Assembly (NCBI GenBank): GCA_041690135.1
Contig: JAWLHY010000003.1
Location: 448,001-512,000, forward strand
Length of the DNA stretch: 64,000 nucleotides
Origin: Armatimonadota bacterium
GTDB taxonomy: Bacteria; Armatimonadota; SYMT01
Reading direction: 5' to 3'
The position numbers were made by a program, and so were the translations under genes. Positions 42,275 to 51,791 of the stretch are shown in pieces. Each line of letters opens with the position of its first letter. Position 1 is the stretch's first letter. The notes below the pieces were generated by a model. The model saw only the letters and a list, made by a program, of their open reading frames with translations, was not told the origin of the DNA and did no database searches.

Positions 42275-42383
42275 GGCGGCGCCTCCCTTGCAGTGGCGGC
42301 GAGTGGTTCGTGGGGAGTCGGTATTCGAGACCCTGGAAGCAAGTGCGAGTTATCCGCCAGGGAATCCTGTCTTCCTACGAACG

Positions 42384-44315
42384 CTAAGGCGGGTTGTCAG
42401 GAGCCGGGTTGCTCGCCAGGGCGCGCTCGGCTATGCCCAGGGCCGCCGTGGTGAAGATAATGGGGTAGAGGCGCTCGAAGTACCAGAGGCGAGCGAAATA
42501 GAAGCCGATGGGGCACGGATCGAAGCGACAACCGCCCTCCGTTCGTTCCGCAAGCCACGCCACGCCCGCCCGGAGTGCCGATACCCGTTGCGGGGAGCAG
42601 GCGCCGGCCAGGTGAAACGCTGCGAGTGCGTGGACCGCGAGAGCCGTCTCCTCGATCGAGCCCGCTACGCCCCGTTCTCCTCCCCAGCTTCCGTCGTCGT
42701 TCCGGGCGGACAGTAGCCAGTCTCGCCCCCGAGCCCGCATCCGCTCCAGGTCCGGGTGCAGCGAGCGCTCCAGGGCGGACAGGGCAATCAGGACCCGTGA
42801 GGTGCCATAGACGGGGTTCTCATCGTTGCCGGCGTGCTGATTGCCGAACCAGAGAGGAATCCAGGCGCCGTCGGCCCGTTGCTGCGCACGAAGATAGTCC
42901 AGGGCGCTCCTGGAAGCTCCATCCACGCGGGCTGTAAGGTTGGGGGGAAGGAGGTCGCGCCAGGAATTCCACGCCAAAAGCGTGTGAGCCGTGAGATCGG
43001 CGCCACTGCGATCGAACGGGAGTGCGCCCCAGCCCCGGCAGAAGGTCGGAATGCCGCCGTCCCGGTTCTGCAGGCCCAGCAACCAGGTGACGCCGGCCGC
43101 GGCGGCAGTCCGGACCACCGGGTCGTCGCTACCCAGGTTTCGAAGCGCGAGGAGAGCGCCCGGAGTGTCGTCGGCATCCGGCACGCCGCCCGGAAGGTCG
43201 GTCCAGGCCCACCCACCGGGAGCGGCACGGGTGTAAGGATGCACCTCCCGGTACTGTTGAGCCAGCAACCAGTCTCGAATTTGCGTTCGCTCCTCTGTTG
43301 AAAGGAATGCTGCCGCATCGCCCCCCGCGGCGAGCGCGTTTACAGAGAGGGTGGTGGCCCAGGTGGCCAGGTTGGTATCGATCGGCCAGCTTCCATCGGG
43401 CCGCACCGAGCGGACGAGGAAGTCGACCGCGTTTTCCACCACCGGATGGTGCGCGTGTCCGGCAGCGACCAGGCTCATCGTGACGAAGCTGGTGAGCGGT
43501 GCGGCCTCCAGAAAGCCCCCGCCCTGCGGCTGGATCTCGCGCAGGACGCCCAGGGTCCGCTCCCGCAGGAGTTCCCGGGTGACGTACGCCGCCGGGTTCC
43601 GGGTAGGACGGTGGTGGTGGATCGTCTGCCCGATGGCGATGAGAGCCGGCAGCGCGTAACTGACTACCGGCAACTGCAGCCACTGGAACCACTCGTGCGG
43701 GCAGGCGGCCAGCTCGAAGGGAAGGTCGGGAACGTGCTTCCACGCTTCGCGGCCCTTGCCCAGCCTTCCTGCCAGGGTGCACATCGTCAGGATCGGGACA
43801 GAAAAGGTGCGGTCCTTCCCGTAGCGCGCGATGATCGTCCGGGCGAGGCGGTCCGGCTCCAGCGACCCTGCCGCCTGGCTCAACCAGGTCTCTGCCTTCC
43901 GTACCGTGTCGTGCGCCTCCGGGCCGGCCACGGAGAGCGCCGCCCAGCAGAGCGCCGTGGTACTGATGTTGCTAAGGCTCAGCACCGTGTCGCCCCAGCC
44001 GCCGTCGGCGTTCTGATGTTCGATCAGCCACCGCACGCCGCCGCGCACGAGGCCTTCCAGTTCTTCGGGAGAGACGGGAGATGTGCGGCCCTGTGTTGCG
44101 CGAGCATACAACGCCAGGGCAAATAGAGCCGTGGCCGTAGAGAGGGCGCTGGTGGAGAGTTCCCCTTCCCAGTGGCCGGCGGCCGTGCGTTCGGCCAGCA
44201 GCACATCCCGGGCATGGTGAAGCGCGTTCGAGAGGGTCGAAAAAGATGTCTGGTGCAAGAGATCCGGTGGAATACGTCGTGGAGGGTCGGAAGGATCGAT
44301 CATTCTGAACTTCAT
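42384..44315 (-). CDS. shc: Squalene-hopene cyclase-like triterpene cyclase
   Basis: DxDD motif (PDADDT); QW repeats (QNADGGWG, QNRDGG, QRADGAW, NDDGSWG); PIGFYFARLWYFERLYP. Confidence 0.85.
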   Translation of the reverse strand: MKFRMIDPSDPPRRIPPDLLHQTSFSTLSNALHHARDVLLAERTAAGHWEGELSTSALSTATALFALALYARATQGRTSPVSPEELEGLVRGGVRWLIEHQNADGGWGDTVLSLSNISTTALCWAALSVAGPEAHDTVRKAETWLSQAAGSLEPDRLARTIIARYGKDRTFSVPILTMCTLAGRLGKGREAWKHVPDLPFELAACPHEWFQWLQLPVVSYALPALIAIGQTIHHHRPTRNPAAYVTRELLRERTLGVLREIQPQGGGFLEAAPLTSFVTMSLVAAGHAHHPVVENAVDFLVRSVRPDGSWPIDTNLATWATTLSVNALAAGGDAAAFLSTEERTQIRDWLLAQQYREVHPYTRAAPGGWAWTDLPGGVPDADDTPGALLALRNLGSDDPVVRTAAAAGVTWLLGLQNRDGGIPTFCRGWGALPFDRSGADLTAHTLLAWNSWRDLLPPNLTARVDGASRSALDYLRAQQRADGAWIPLWFGNQHAGNDENPVYGTSRVLIALSALERSLHPDLERMRARGRDWLLSARNDDGSWGGERGVAGSIEETALAVHALAAFHLAGACSPQRVSALRAGVAWLAERTEGGCRFDPCPIGFYFARLWYFERLYPIIFTTAALGIAERALASNPAPDNPP

Positions 44316-44583
44316 TCTAACGGTATCCGCTCACCTTCCACACGATCTGGATGGACGATCCGGCATTGCGCCGGCATCGGCCCCGCTTCCTCCCGACCGA
44401 CATAGAGTTTGGAGGCCTTCTTCCTGGCTTTAGGGCCCCTCGGTGGCAGAAAGTGCCAGCCGGAAGGGGCTCACCTACCGGCCGGGAAACTCCAACAAGG
44501 TCTCTTCCTGGACCGGCTTTGCTCGTCACCTCCCGTGGCTGCGCCGGCCTGAAGTCGTTTACTTACCCGGCCGGAGGTTTGTG

Positions 44584-45840
44584 TTGTCTTCTCCGCTCTC
44601 CCGTGTTTCGCCGTATCGTGCCCTGGTCCTGGGCCTCTCCCTGGCCCTGCCGGTCGTCATGTCGCAGAGTCTTCCTGCGGCCGGGCCGGACCAGCCCGCT
44701 TCCGAGCCCCCTGCGGTCTCCCGGCCCGCCGTGCCGAAGGAAGTGCGGGGCGTGTGGGTGGTCCGCACCGACCTCACCACGCCGCAGGCCGTCTCGCGGG
44801 TGGTGCGGCACGCCCGGCAGAATGGATTGAACACGCTGTTCGTACAGGTGCGGGGACGGGGAGACGCTTACTACAGCGGCGGGCTGGAGCCGCGGGCGAA
44901 GGCGCTGGCGAAGGCCGGGCCGGCGTTCGATCCGCTGTCCCAGATCGTGCGGGAGGGACACGAGGCGGGATTGCAGGTGCACGCCTGGGTGAATGCCTGC
45001 TACGTCTGGTCGGAGAAGAAGGGCCCCGGCCCGGACCACCTGGTCAGCGCGCACCGGGACTGGCTGGCGGTGGACCGCGCCGGCCGGCGGTGCGCCGTGG
45101 GAGACGCGGAAGTCTTCATCTGCCCCGGCAACCCGGCGGCGCGGGCGCACCTGGCGGCGGTATGCCGCGACCTGGCGCGCCGATACGCCGTGGATGGGGT
45201 GCAACTGGACTACATCCGTTATAACAACGGAAATACTTGCTTCTGCGGCCCCTGCCTGAAGCGGTTCGAGACCTATGTCGCACCGAAGAGCACGCCCGCG
45301 AAAATGGCGGCTCTGAAGGCAAAAGGCCGGCTCGGCGTGGTCCAGGGTTATGCCTGGAGCTGGAAACAGTTCCGGCGGGACCAGATCACCGCCCTGGTGC
45401 GTGAGGTGCGCACCGCGGTGAAGGCGGAGCGTCCCTCCGTCCTGTTGAGTGCGGCGGTGATCCCGTGGGGCGCCTTCCCCGGCGATTTCCGCAAGACGGA
45501 AGCTTACAACACGGTGGGGCAGGACTGGTATGGTTGGATTCGCGAAGGGCTGGTCGACGCCGTGTGCCCGATGACCTACCAGGCGAACCTGGCCGGCTTC
45601 AAGAAGTGGGTCCACGGCGTGCAGCGGGACCATCCGGAGTTCCCGGTCTGGTTCGGTATCGGCGCTTACCTGTTCGGGCCGGAGAGCGCCGCGGTGAAGA
45701 TCCAGGCGACCCGGCAGGCCGGCGCCCCAGGCTGGGTGTTGTTCAGTTACACGGCCGTCACCCAGAGCGGCACGAACGATGGTTATCTGAAGTCATTGAA
45801 GGCACGCGTGCTGCCGCGCGAGACGGCCTCGGCTCGCTGA
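44584..45840 (+). CDS. GHL10 (DUF187/YddW-like) glycosyl hydrolase, secreted
   Basis: EVRGVWV, NTLFVQVRGRGDAYY, DPL, VHAWVN, DGVQLDYIRY, QDW, PMTY; TTG start with ggagg RBS. Confidence 0.88.
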   Translation: MSSPLSRVSPYRALVLGLSLALPVVMSQSLPAAGPDQPASEPPAVSRPAVPKEVRGVWVVRTDLTTPQAVSRVVRHARQNGLNTLFVQVRGRGDAYYSGGLEPRAKALAKAGPAFDPLSQIVREGHEAGLQVHAWVNACYVWSEKKGPGPDHLVSAHRDWLAVDRAGRRCAVGDAEVFICPGNPAARAHLAAVCRDLARRYAVDGVQLDYIRYNNGNTCFCGPCLKRFETYVAPKSTPAKMAALKAKGRLGVVQGYAWSWKQFRRDQITALVREVRTAVKAERPSVLLSAAVIPWGAFPGDFRKTEAYNTVGQDWYGWIREGLVDAVCPMTYQANLAGFKKWVHGVQRDHPEFPVWFGIGAYLFGPESAAVKIQATRQAGAPGWVLFSYTAVTQSGTNDGYLKSLKARVLPRETASAR

Positions 45841-45951
45841 GAACAGCAGAGCGCAGTGCAGCTGCGCACGAAGCATTCTCGAGCAGTGCAACTGCCCGAG
45901 ATCGAAAAGTGTCGCCGTGCGAGACGGCGTCTCGCTAACTACGGAATTCCC

Positions 45952-47022
45952 ATGGTACCGATTTCCAATGAGAGGCTTCAGGCGCTCGATGGGTTGATCG
46001 AGCAGGGGTTGGCGGACGGCCTGTTCCTGGGTGCCGCGTACCGCGTCCTGCGCAAGCCGGACCAGGTACTCGCGTCCGGACGGATGGGCTTTGCCCAGGA
46101 AGAGCCGCTGACGCGCGTGCTTTCGAACACCGTATGGGATCTGGCTTCCCTGACCAAGCCGCTCGTCACCGCCACCTCCATCCTGATCCTCGCGGAAGCC
46201 GGTGAGTTCCACCTGGACGAGGAGGTACTGCATTTCTTGCCCGAGGAGGCCCCCAGCCTGGGAGGGATCACCCTTCGGCATTGCCTCACCCACACCTCCG
46301 GCCTCAAGGCGTGGGAGCAGTTCCACTCGCAGAATCTGGAGCGGGAGGAGATCCTGCGGCGCGTCCATGCTTCCGTGCCGGAAAACGCGCCGGGCACGGC
46401 TTACGCCTACAGCGACCTGGGCTACATCCTGCTCGGCGAAGTGGTGGAGCACGTTACCCAGCGAACACTCCCGCAGTTCGCGGAAGACTGGATCTTCGAT
46501 CCGCTCGGGATGCGGAGCACCCGCTACTTGCCCCCGGAGGAGTGGACCCGCCGCATCGCCGCCACCCGCTGCCTGGATCGGCAACGGGTACTGGTGGGGG
46601 AAGTCCACGATGGTAACTGCGCCGCGCTGGGCGGGGTGGCCGGGCATGCCGGATTGTTCGGCACGATCGACGACCTGACCCTCTACGCCCGGATGCTGCT
46701 GAACGAAGGGGAACTGGACGGCAGCCGCGTGCTCTCGCCCCTCGCCGCCCGGCAGATGATGCGGAACCAGAACCCGCCGGGCCTCAACGGCCATACCCTG
46801 GGATGGTTTACCCGTCCCAACAGCTTTCTCCCGGCCGCCGACTTCTGGCCGGAGGATACCTTCGGCCACACCGGGTTCACCGGAACCAGCCTGTTGATCT
46901 CTCCGTCGACCGGCATCGCCGCCATCCTGCTGACGAACCGGGTCTACATGGAGAACGACGGCAGCGATTTCCTGCGCTTCCGCCGCCGGTTCCACAACGT
47001 GATTGCGGCCCTGGTCCCCTAA
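45952..47022 (+). CDS. Serine hydrolase, beta-lactamase family (AmiE/YfeW-like)
   Basis: DLASLTK, YSDLGY, GEVHDGN, GGVAGHAGLF, GHTGFTGT. Confidence 0.88.
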   Translation: MVPISNERLQALDGLIEQGLADGLFLGAAYRVLRKPDQVLASGRMGFAQEEPLTRVLSNTVWDLASLTKPLVTATSILILAEAGEFHLDEEVLHFLPEEAPSLGGITLRHCLTHTSGLKAWEQFHSQNLEREEILRRVHASVPENAPGTAYAYSDLGYILLGEVVEHVTQRTLPQFAEDWIFDPLGMRSTRYLPPEEWTRRIAATRCLDRQRVLVGEVHDGNCAALGGVAGHAGLFGTIDDLTLYARMLLNEGELDGSRVLSPLAARQMMRNQNPPGLNGHTLGWFTRPNSFLPAADFWPEDTFGHTGFTGTSLLISPSTGIAAILLTNRVYMENDGSDFLRFRRRFHNVIAALVP

Positions 47023-47037
47023 AAGGGGGAATGGACT

Positions 47038-47718
47038 ATGGGTTGGCTGAAGGAACTCCGGCGCCGGGTGGAGGCGATCGGCATCCCGTGTGCCGTGCAG
47101 TTGGAGTGCGCTCGCGAGTTCCACGGTAACCGCAAAGGGGGATGGACACTCTGTCCAGACTCCCTGAACTCCGAAAGCGTGGTGTACTCGGTCGGCGTGG
47201 GAAACAACCTCTCCTTCGACGTCTCCCTCGTGCGCCGCTTTGGGTTCCGCGTTCACGCGTTCGATCCAACGCCGGAGGTCATCGCCTGGTTCCACGCCCG
47301 GGAGTGGCCGGCCGAAATACGTCTTCACGAGTACGGCCTGGCGGACTTTGACGGGATGGCGGACTTCTCACCCGATCCGAACCCGAAGGAAGTGTCCCAT
47401 ACCCTCATGGGGCGGCCCGGTTCGCAGGCGCCCATTTCGAGAGTGCCGGTCCACCGGCTGAGCACGGTCATGACGCGCCTGGGCCATTCCCGCATCGATC
47501 TCCTGAAAATCGATATCGAAGGCGCGGAATATGGGGTGATCGAGCAGATTGTCGGGGAAGGGCTGCCGGTCCGGCAATTGCTCGTGGAGTTCCACCATCG
47601 TTTCCCGAACATCGGGAAGCCCCGGACCGTCGAGGCGATCCGCCGACTGAATAGCGCCGGATACCGGATTTTCCACGTCTCCGAGGCTCGCCGGGAGTTC
47701 TCCTTCCTTCAGGGGTAG
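47038..47718 (+). CDS. FkbM family methyltransferase
   Basis: VYSVGVG, FDPTP, DLLKIDIEGAEY, QLLVEFH. Confidence 0.88.
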   Translation: MGWLKELRRRVEAIGIPCAVQLECAREFHGNRKGGWTLCPDSLNSESVVYSVGVGNNLSFDVSLVRRFGFRVHAFDPTPEVIAWFHAREWPAEIRLHEYGLADFDGMADFSPDPNPKEVSHTLMGRPGSQAPISRVPVHRLSTVMTRLGHSRIDLLKIDIEGAEYGVIEQIVGEGLPVRQLLVEFHHRFPNIGKPRTVEAIRRLNSAGYRIFHVSEARREFSFLQG

Positions 47719-47945
47719 CCCGAGGCGTTAGAAACTCGCTGGTCCTGCGTCCTCGCGGACGCTCTGTTGTCAGAACCCGCATCGGTCACCCTACGTCCGG
47801 AGGACGTCCAGGCCACCGGTAGACCGAGGCGTTGGAAACGCCTCGCTGGCTCCCCGTCCTCACGGACGGCCTGTGGGTAGAACCCGTACCGGTTACCATC
47901 CGTCCGGAGGACGTCCAGGCCAGCGAGGGAATTCCAATCCCTCGC
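47714..47945. repeat. REP/REPIN-like tandem palindromic element (two ~104-bp units)
   Basis: Units start ggtagcccgaggcgtt (47714) and ggtagaccgaggcgtt (47818) and share cgtccggaggacgtccaggcca; each unit folds back on itself; located between convergent genes. Confidence 0.8.
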
Positions 47946-47983
47946 GTTGATCCCTCGCCCTGAATCCCTGGCCCCAATCTGCG

Positions 47984-49354
47984 CTACACCGTCTCCAGTA
48001 CTTCGGCGATGGTGCGGTCGAGGATGGTGACGATCCGGTCGATGTCCTCCTCCGTGATGACGAGGGGTGGGCCAAAGGCGATCCAGTGGGGATCGAAGCG
48101 GAAGAGCAGGCCGTTCTCCAGGGCGCGGCGGCCGATGAGTTGGCCGAGTGGCGGGCTGAACCGTTCCTTGGTGGCGGGGTCGCGGACCAGCTCGACGCCG
48201 AGGAAGAGTCCCTTGCCCCGGATATCGCCGATGATGCCGTGCTTTCGGAGCCCTTCCAGGCCGGCCCGGAGGCGCTCGCCCATCCGGCGAGCGTTGCCGC
48301 AGAGGTCCCGCTCGATGATCTCGGTGAGGGCGGCGATGCCGGCCGCGCAGGAGACCGGGTTCCCCTCGTAGGTGTGACCCTCGACAAAGCCGGGGTTCTG
48401 GGGGGCGTCGCCCCAGAAGGCGTCGGCGACCTTATCCCGGCAGATCAGCGCGGAAAGCGGCGCATAGCCGCCGCTGAGTCCCTTGCCCAGGCAGAGGAGG
48501 TCCGGCAACACGCCGAAGGTCTCCGCCGCGAACATCTGGCCAGTCCGTCCCGCGCCGGTGATGATCTCGTCGAAGATCAGGAGCACGTTGTTCCGGTCGC
48601 AGAGTTCCCGCAGCTTCGGCAGGTACTCTTCCGGCGGGTCAATGATGCCGCCCGTGTGCCCGATCGGCTCCACCATCACGGCGGCCACCGTGTCCGGGTC
48701 CTCCATCTCGATCACGTCACCCACCAGGCTCGCGCAGGTGATGTCGCAGGAGGGATAGTTCTTCCCGAAGGGGCAGCGGTAGCAGGTGGGCGGGAAGACG
48801 TGGATGAAGCCGGGGGCCAGCGGCTCATTGACGGTACGCCGTGACTTGAGACCCGAGGCGGAGAGCGAACCCATGGTGGAGCCGTGCCAGCTCTGGTACC
48901 GGGAAATGATCTTATACTTACCGGGGTTGCCGGTGAGGCGGTGATACTGCCGGGCCATCTTGATCGCCGCTTCGGTCACCTCGGAGCCGCCGCACTCGAA
49001 CTTGACCGTGTTCAGGTCGCCGGGCGCGATCCGGGCCAGGAGGTTCGCCAACTGCACGGCGATCGGGTTGGTCCCGTGCATCGCGGGAGAGAAGTGGAGC
49101 CGGTCGAGCTGGTCCTTGATCGCGGCGATCACCCGCTGGTTGTGGTGCCCCACGGAGACCACGTAGATCCCGGAGAGCGCGTCCAGGTACTCCTTGCCGC
49201 TCACGTCCCAGTAGCGGACCCCCTCCGACCGTGCCATGATCAGCGGGTGCTTTGAGAACTCCTTCATCTGGTCGCGCGCCAGCAGCTTTCGGAGGAAGTC
49301 TTCCTGCGTGGTCTGCGCCTCGGCAATCAATTCAGGGACGCGGGTGGTATCCAT
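47984..49354 (-). CDS. Class III PLP-dependent aminotransferase
   Basis: GGSEVTE, WHGST, FDEIITGAGRTG, GKGLSGGY, GHTY. Confidence 0.93.
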   Translation of the reverse strand: MDTTRVPELIAEAQTTQEDFLRKLLARDQMKEFSKHPLIMARSEGVRYWDVSGKEYLDALSGIYVVSVGHHNQRVIAAIKDQLDRLHFSPAMHGTNPIAVQLANLLARIAPGDLNTVKFECGGSEVTEAAIKMARQYHRLTGNPGKYKIISRYQSWHGSTMGSLSASGLKSRRTVNEPLAPGFIHVFPPTCYRCPFGKNYPSCDITCASLVGDVIEMEDPDTVAAVMVEPIGHTGGIIDPPEEYLPKLRELCDRNNVLLIFDEIITGAGRTGQMFAAETFGVLPDLLCLGKGLSGGYAPLSALICRDKVADAFWGDAPQNPGFVEGHTYEGNPVSCAAGIAALTEIIERDLCGNARRMGERLRAGLEGLRKHGIIGDIRGKGLFLGVELVRDPATKERFSPPLGQLIGRRALENGLLFRFDPHWIAFGPPLVITEEDIDRIVTILDRTIAEVLETV

Positions 49355-49379
49355 GGGTGCGGGTTCCTTATCTCACATC

Positions 49380-49407
49380 GCGTAATGCGTATTGCGTATT
49401 GCGTAAC
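49380..49407. repeat. Heptamer tandem repeat (GCGTAWT, 4 units)
   Basis: gcgtaat gcgtatt gcgtatt gcgtaac between the symporter and aminotransferase genes. Confidence 0.8.
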
Positions 49408-49458
49408 CGAACCTGCCGTGGCCAGGGGCAGCTCGGTCGGCAAGTTGTATGCGCGCCA

Positions 49459-51258
49459 TCAGCGCCCCAGCCCCGCCAGGAAGACCAGGAGCAGGATGAG
49501 GGCGAAGACGAGCACCCAGGCGCCGAGGAAGCCGAGGATGTCGATCTTCGTCAGCCGGGGGATCTCCCAGCCCAGCTTCTGCAGGCCCGGATAAGCCCAC
49601 TGCGAAGCTTTACGGTAGTCGAGCGCCATGCCGTGCAGTCCCAGGGTGGCGGTCTCGTGCAGCTTGACGGTATCCCCTTCGGCGACTTCCAGCCGGACCT
49701 CCTCTTCTTTTCCGACCGGGGTGTGCAGGCGGGCGAAGAACGGGTCGAGCTGTTCGGCCGGGTGGGGGCGGGTGCCCAGGCTTACCGCAATCAGGAGGCC
49801 GAACTCCACCCCCAGGGTCAACAGCACCTGCATCGGCCGCGTGAGCTCGTGGAGGCGCATCCCCTCGCCGGCTTGGGCGATCGCAGCGAAGAGGGCGCCA
49901 AAGAGCGGGGTCTTCGCCGCGCCTTCGGGGCCGGTCGTCAGGATGTAGATCAGCAACCCACCCAGGAAGCTGGCCCACACGCCCGCGGCGTTGGTGCGCC
50001 GCCAGGTGACGCCCAGCCAGAACGCGGGACCGAGGAGCCCCACCACCATCAGGGCGAGGTTCAGGAGTTGGGTCACGCTGTCCGCCGTGACCGCCATGAA
50101 GATGCCGAGGGCCAGCAGAGCCGCGGAGGCAATGCGGCTCACCCAGAGGTAATGCCGGTCCTCCCGGTCGCGCACCACGTGCTGGTAGAAGTTGCCCATG
50201 AAGAGCGAGGCGCCCACCACCATGAAGGTCTCGGCACTGGTGACCCCCGCGATGAGACAGGCGATCATCAACCCGCGCCAGCCGTCGCCCAGGAGCGCCT
50301 GGATGGAGCGGCCGTAAAGGGTCTCGCTCGCTTCCTTGAGCTTCTCGCCGTCGAGGCCCTGGAGCACTTCGGGGAAGACGAGGATGGCAATGATGCCGGT
50401 GAAGGCCCAGGCGATGGTGAGCAGGCGCTTGATGAAGTTGCCGTAGCACATGCCGACCCGCGCCTCGAGCTCCGTCTTGCCCGAACCGGTGGCGCTCATC
50501 ACATGGGGCTGCGCGACGATGCCGACAATCGAAAGGATCGACATCGCGAGGATAAACCAGGGGTCTCCCTCATTCGCTCCCGCTGGCGCGGCGATTGCCA
50601 GCATCTCGGGAGAGAGCTGGGCGTGCAGCCCGGCCATGCCCCCCACTTTCTCCAGGCCGGCCGGAATAATCATCACGGAGAGAACGATCAGCATCACGCC
50701 CTGGAGGAAGTCGGTGTAGGCTGCCGCCACTAAACCCCCCGCCATGATGTAGGTGGAGAAGAGCACCGCGAGCACGATGACGGATCCGGTCGTCGGCACC
50801 TGCCCGCCCGTGGCCCCCGAGATCGCCGCGCCCGCGCCGCGCAGCAGCATGGCCATGGAGAGGACGTAGAAGAAGAGCCCCACGAAGGAGTAGAGCATCT
50901 CCAGGCTGCGCCCATAGCGCATCCGGAACACGTCGCCCGTGGTCGTTACGCGCAGCCGCCGGGTGATGGGGGCGATCATCCAGTAGAACGGGGTTCCGAA
51001 GAGCCACATCCACTGGTACCAGATCCCTCCCAGCCCCACCCGGGCCGTGGCCCCCGCCACCTGCACCGCGTGGTCGCTGTGCGTGCCCGTGCAAAGCCAG
51101 TGCATCACCAGCAGGCCCTTGCCGAAACTGCGGCCTCCGAGGAAATAGTCCTCCTCATTCTTCACGCGCCGCGAGGCCCAGAACCCGATCGCCATCACCG
51201 CCAGGAAGTACCCGACGATCATCGCGACATCGATAAACTTCAATCCATAGAGGGTCAT
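49459..51258 (-). CDS. Sodium:solute symporter (SSS) family transporter
   Basis: DYFLGGRSFG, GGLVAAAYTDFLQ, many TM helices, WRRTNAAG. Confidence 0.9.
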   Translation of the reverse strand: MTLYGLKFIDVAMIVGYFLAVMAIGFWASRRVKNEEDYFLGGRSFGKGLLVMHWLCTGTHSDHAVQVAGATARVGLGGIWYQWMWLFGTPFYWMIAPITRRLRVTTTGDVFRMRYGRSLEMLYSFVGLFFYVLSMAMLLRGAGAAISGATGGQVPTTGSVIVLAVLFSTYIMAGGLVAAAYTDFLQGVMLIVLSVMIIPAGLEKVGGMAGLHAQLSPEMLAIAAPAGANEGDPWFILAMSILSIVGIVAQPHVMSATGSGKTELEARVGMCYGNFIKRLLTIAWAFTGIIAILVFPEVLQGLDGEKLKEASETLYGRSIQALLGDGWRGLMIACLIAGVTSAETFMVVGASLFMGNFYQHVVRDREDRHYLWVSRIASAALLALGIFMAVTADSVTQLLNLALMVVGLLGPAFWLGVTWRRTNAAGVWASFLGGLLIYILTTGPEGAAKTPLFGALFAAIAQAGEGMRLHELTRPMQVLLTLGVEFGLLIAVSLGTRPHPAEQLDPFFARLHTPVGKEEEVRLEVAEGDTVKLHETATLGLHGMALDYRKASQWAYPGLQKLGWEIPRLTKIDILGFLGAWVLVFALILLLVFLAGLGR

Positions 51259-51286
51259 GACGGGGCTCGCTCTCCTGGGGCTACTT

Positions 51287-51691
51287 CAAGGTGGGAAGGT
51301 TGAAAGTTGAAGGTTGAAGGTTGAAGGACCGGGTGTTCGGGTGGTCAGGTGTTCGGGTATTCAGGAGTTCGGGCGTTCAGGCACTCCGGCTATCAGGCGT
51401 TCGGGATGTTGTTGGTAAATGGAGGCCGCCTCGGATGACGGTATCGTAGGGGATGTGATGGACACCCGGCACAGCCTGGGGCCGTCCCCATTCCGCACGT
51501 TCCAGGTCTTCCCTAGTGGTTCAGGGTAAGCTGCGGTGACACCTTCCAGGATTGGGCCTTCACATTCACCTCTTGCCCCTGCGGGAGGCTTCAACCTTCC
51601 ACTCCCAACCTTTCAACCTGCAACTTCCAACCTTCCAACCAGGCGTCAGCTACTGCCCAACGGTACCGGTTCAAGGACCATCGAACACCCG
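51287..51691. repeat. Compound tandem-repeat element (AAGGTTG and GGTGTTCR units with inverted partners)
   Basis: gaaggttgaaagttgaaggttgaaggttgaagg (about 51295-51327) vs ttcaaccttcc...caacctttcaacctgcaacttccaaccttccaacc (51590-51640); ggtgttcg/ggtattca/ggagttcg/ggcgttca units at 51331-51405 with gaacacccg at 51683. Confidence 0.85.
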
Positions 51692-51791
51692 GAGCCCTTC
51701 GACGCAACAAACCATGCAGCACGGCGAAACTCCCGGGGACCGGGCGCCGTCAGGCGGATGATGGACTTTTGCTCGATCCGGAGGTGGATGG

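Noticed and set aside
47714-47945. CRISPR mini-array
   Set aside because: Only two long units whose spacers resemble each other, no cas genes, and a palindromic REP-like structure fits better.
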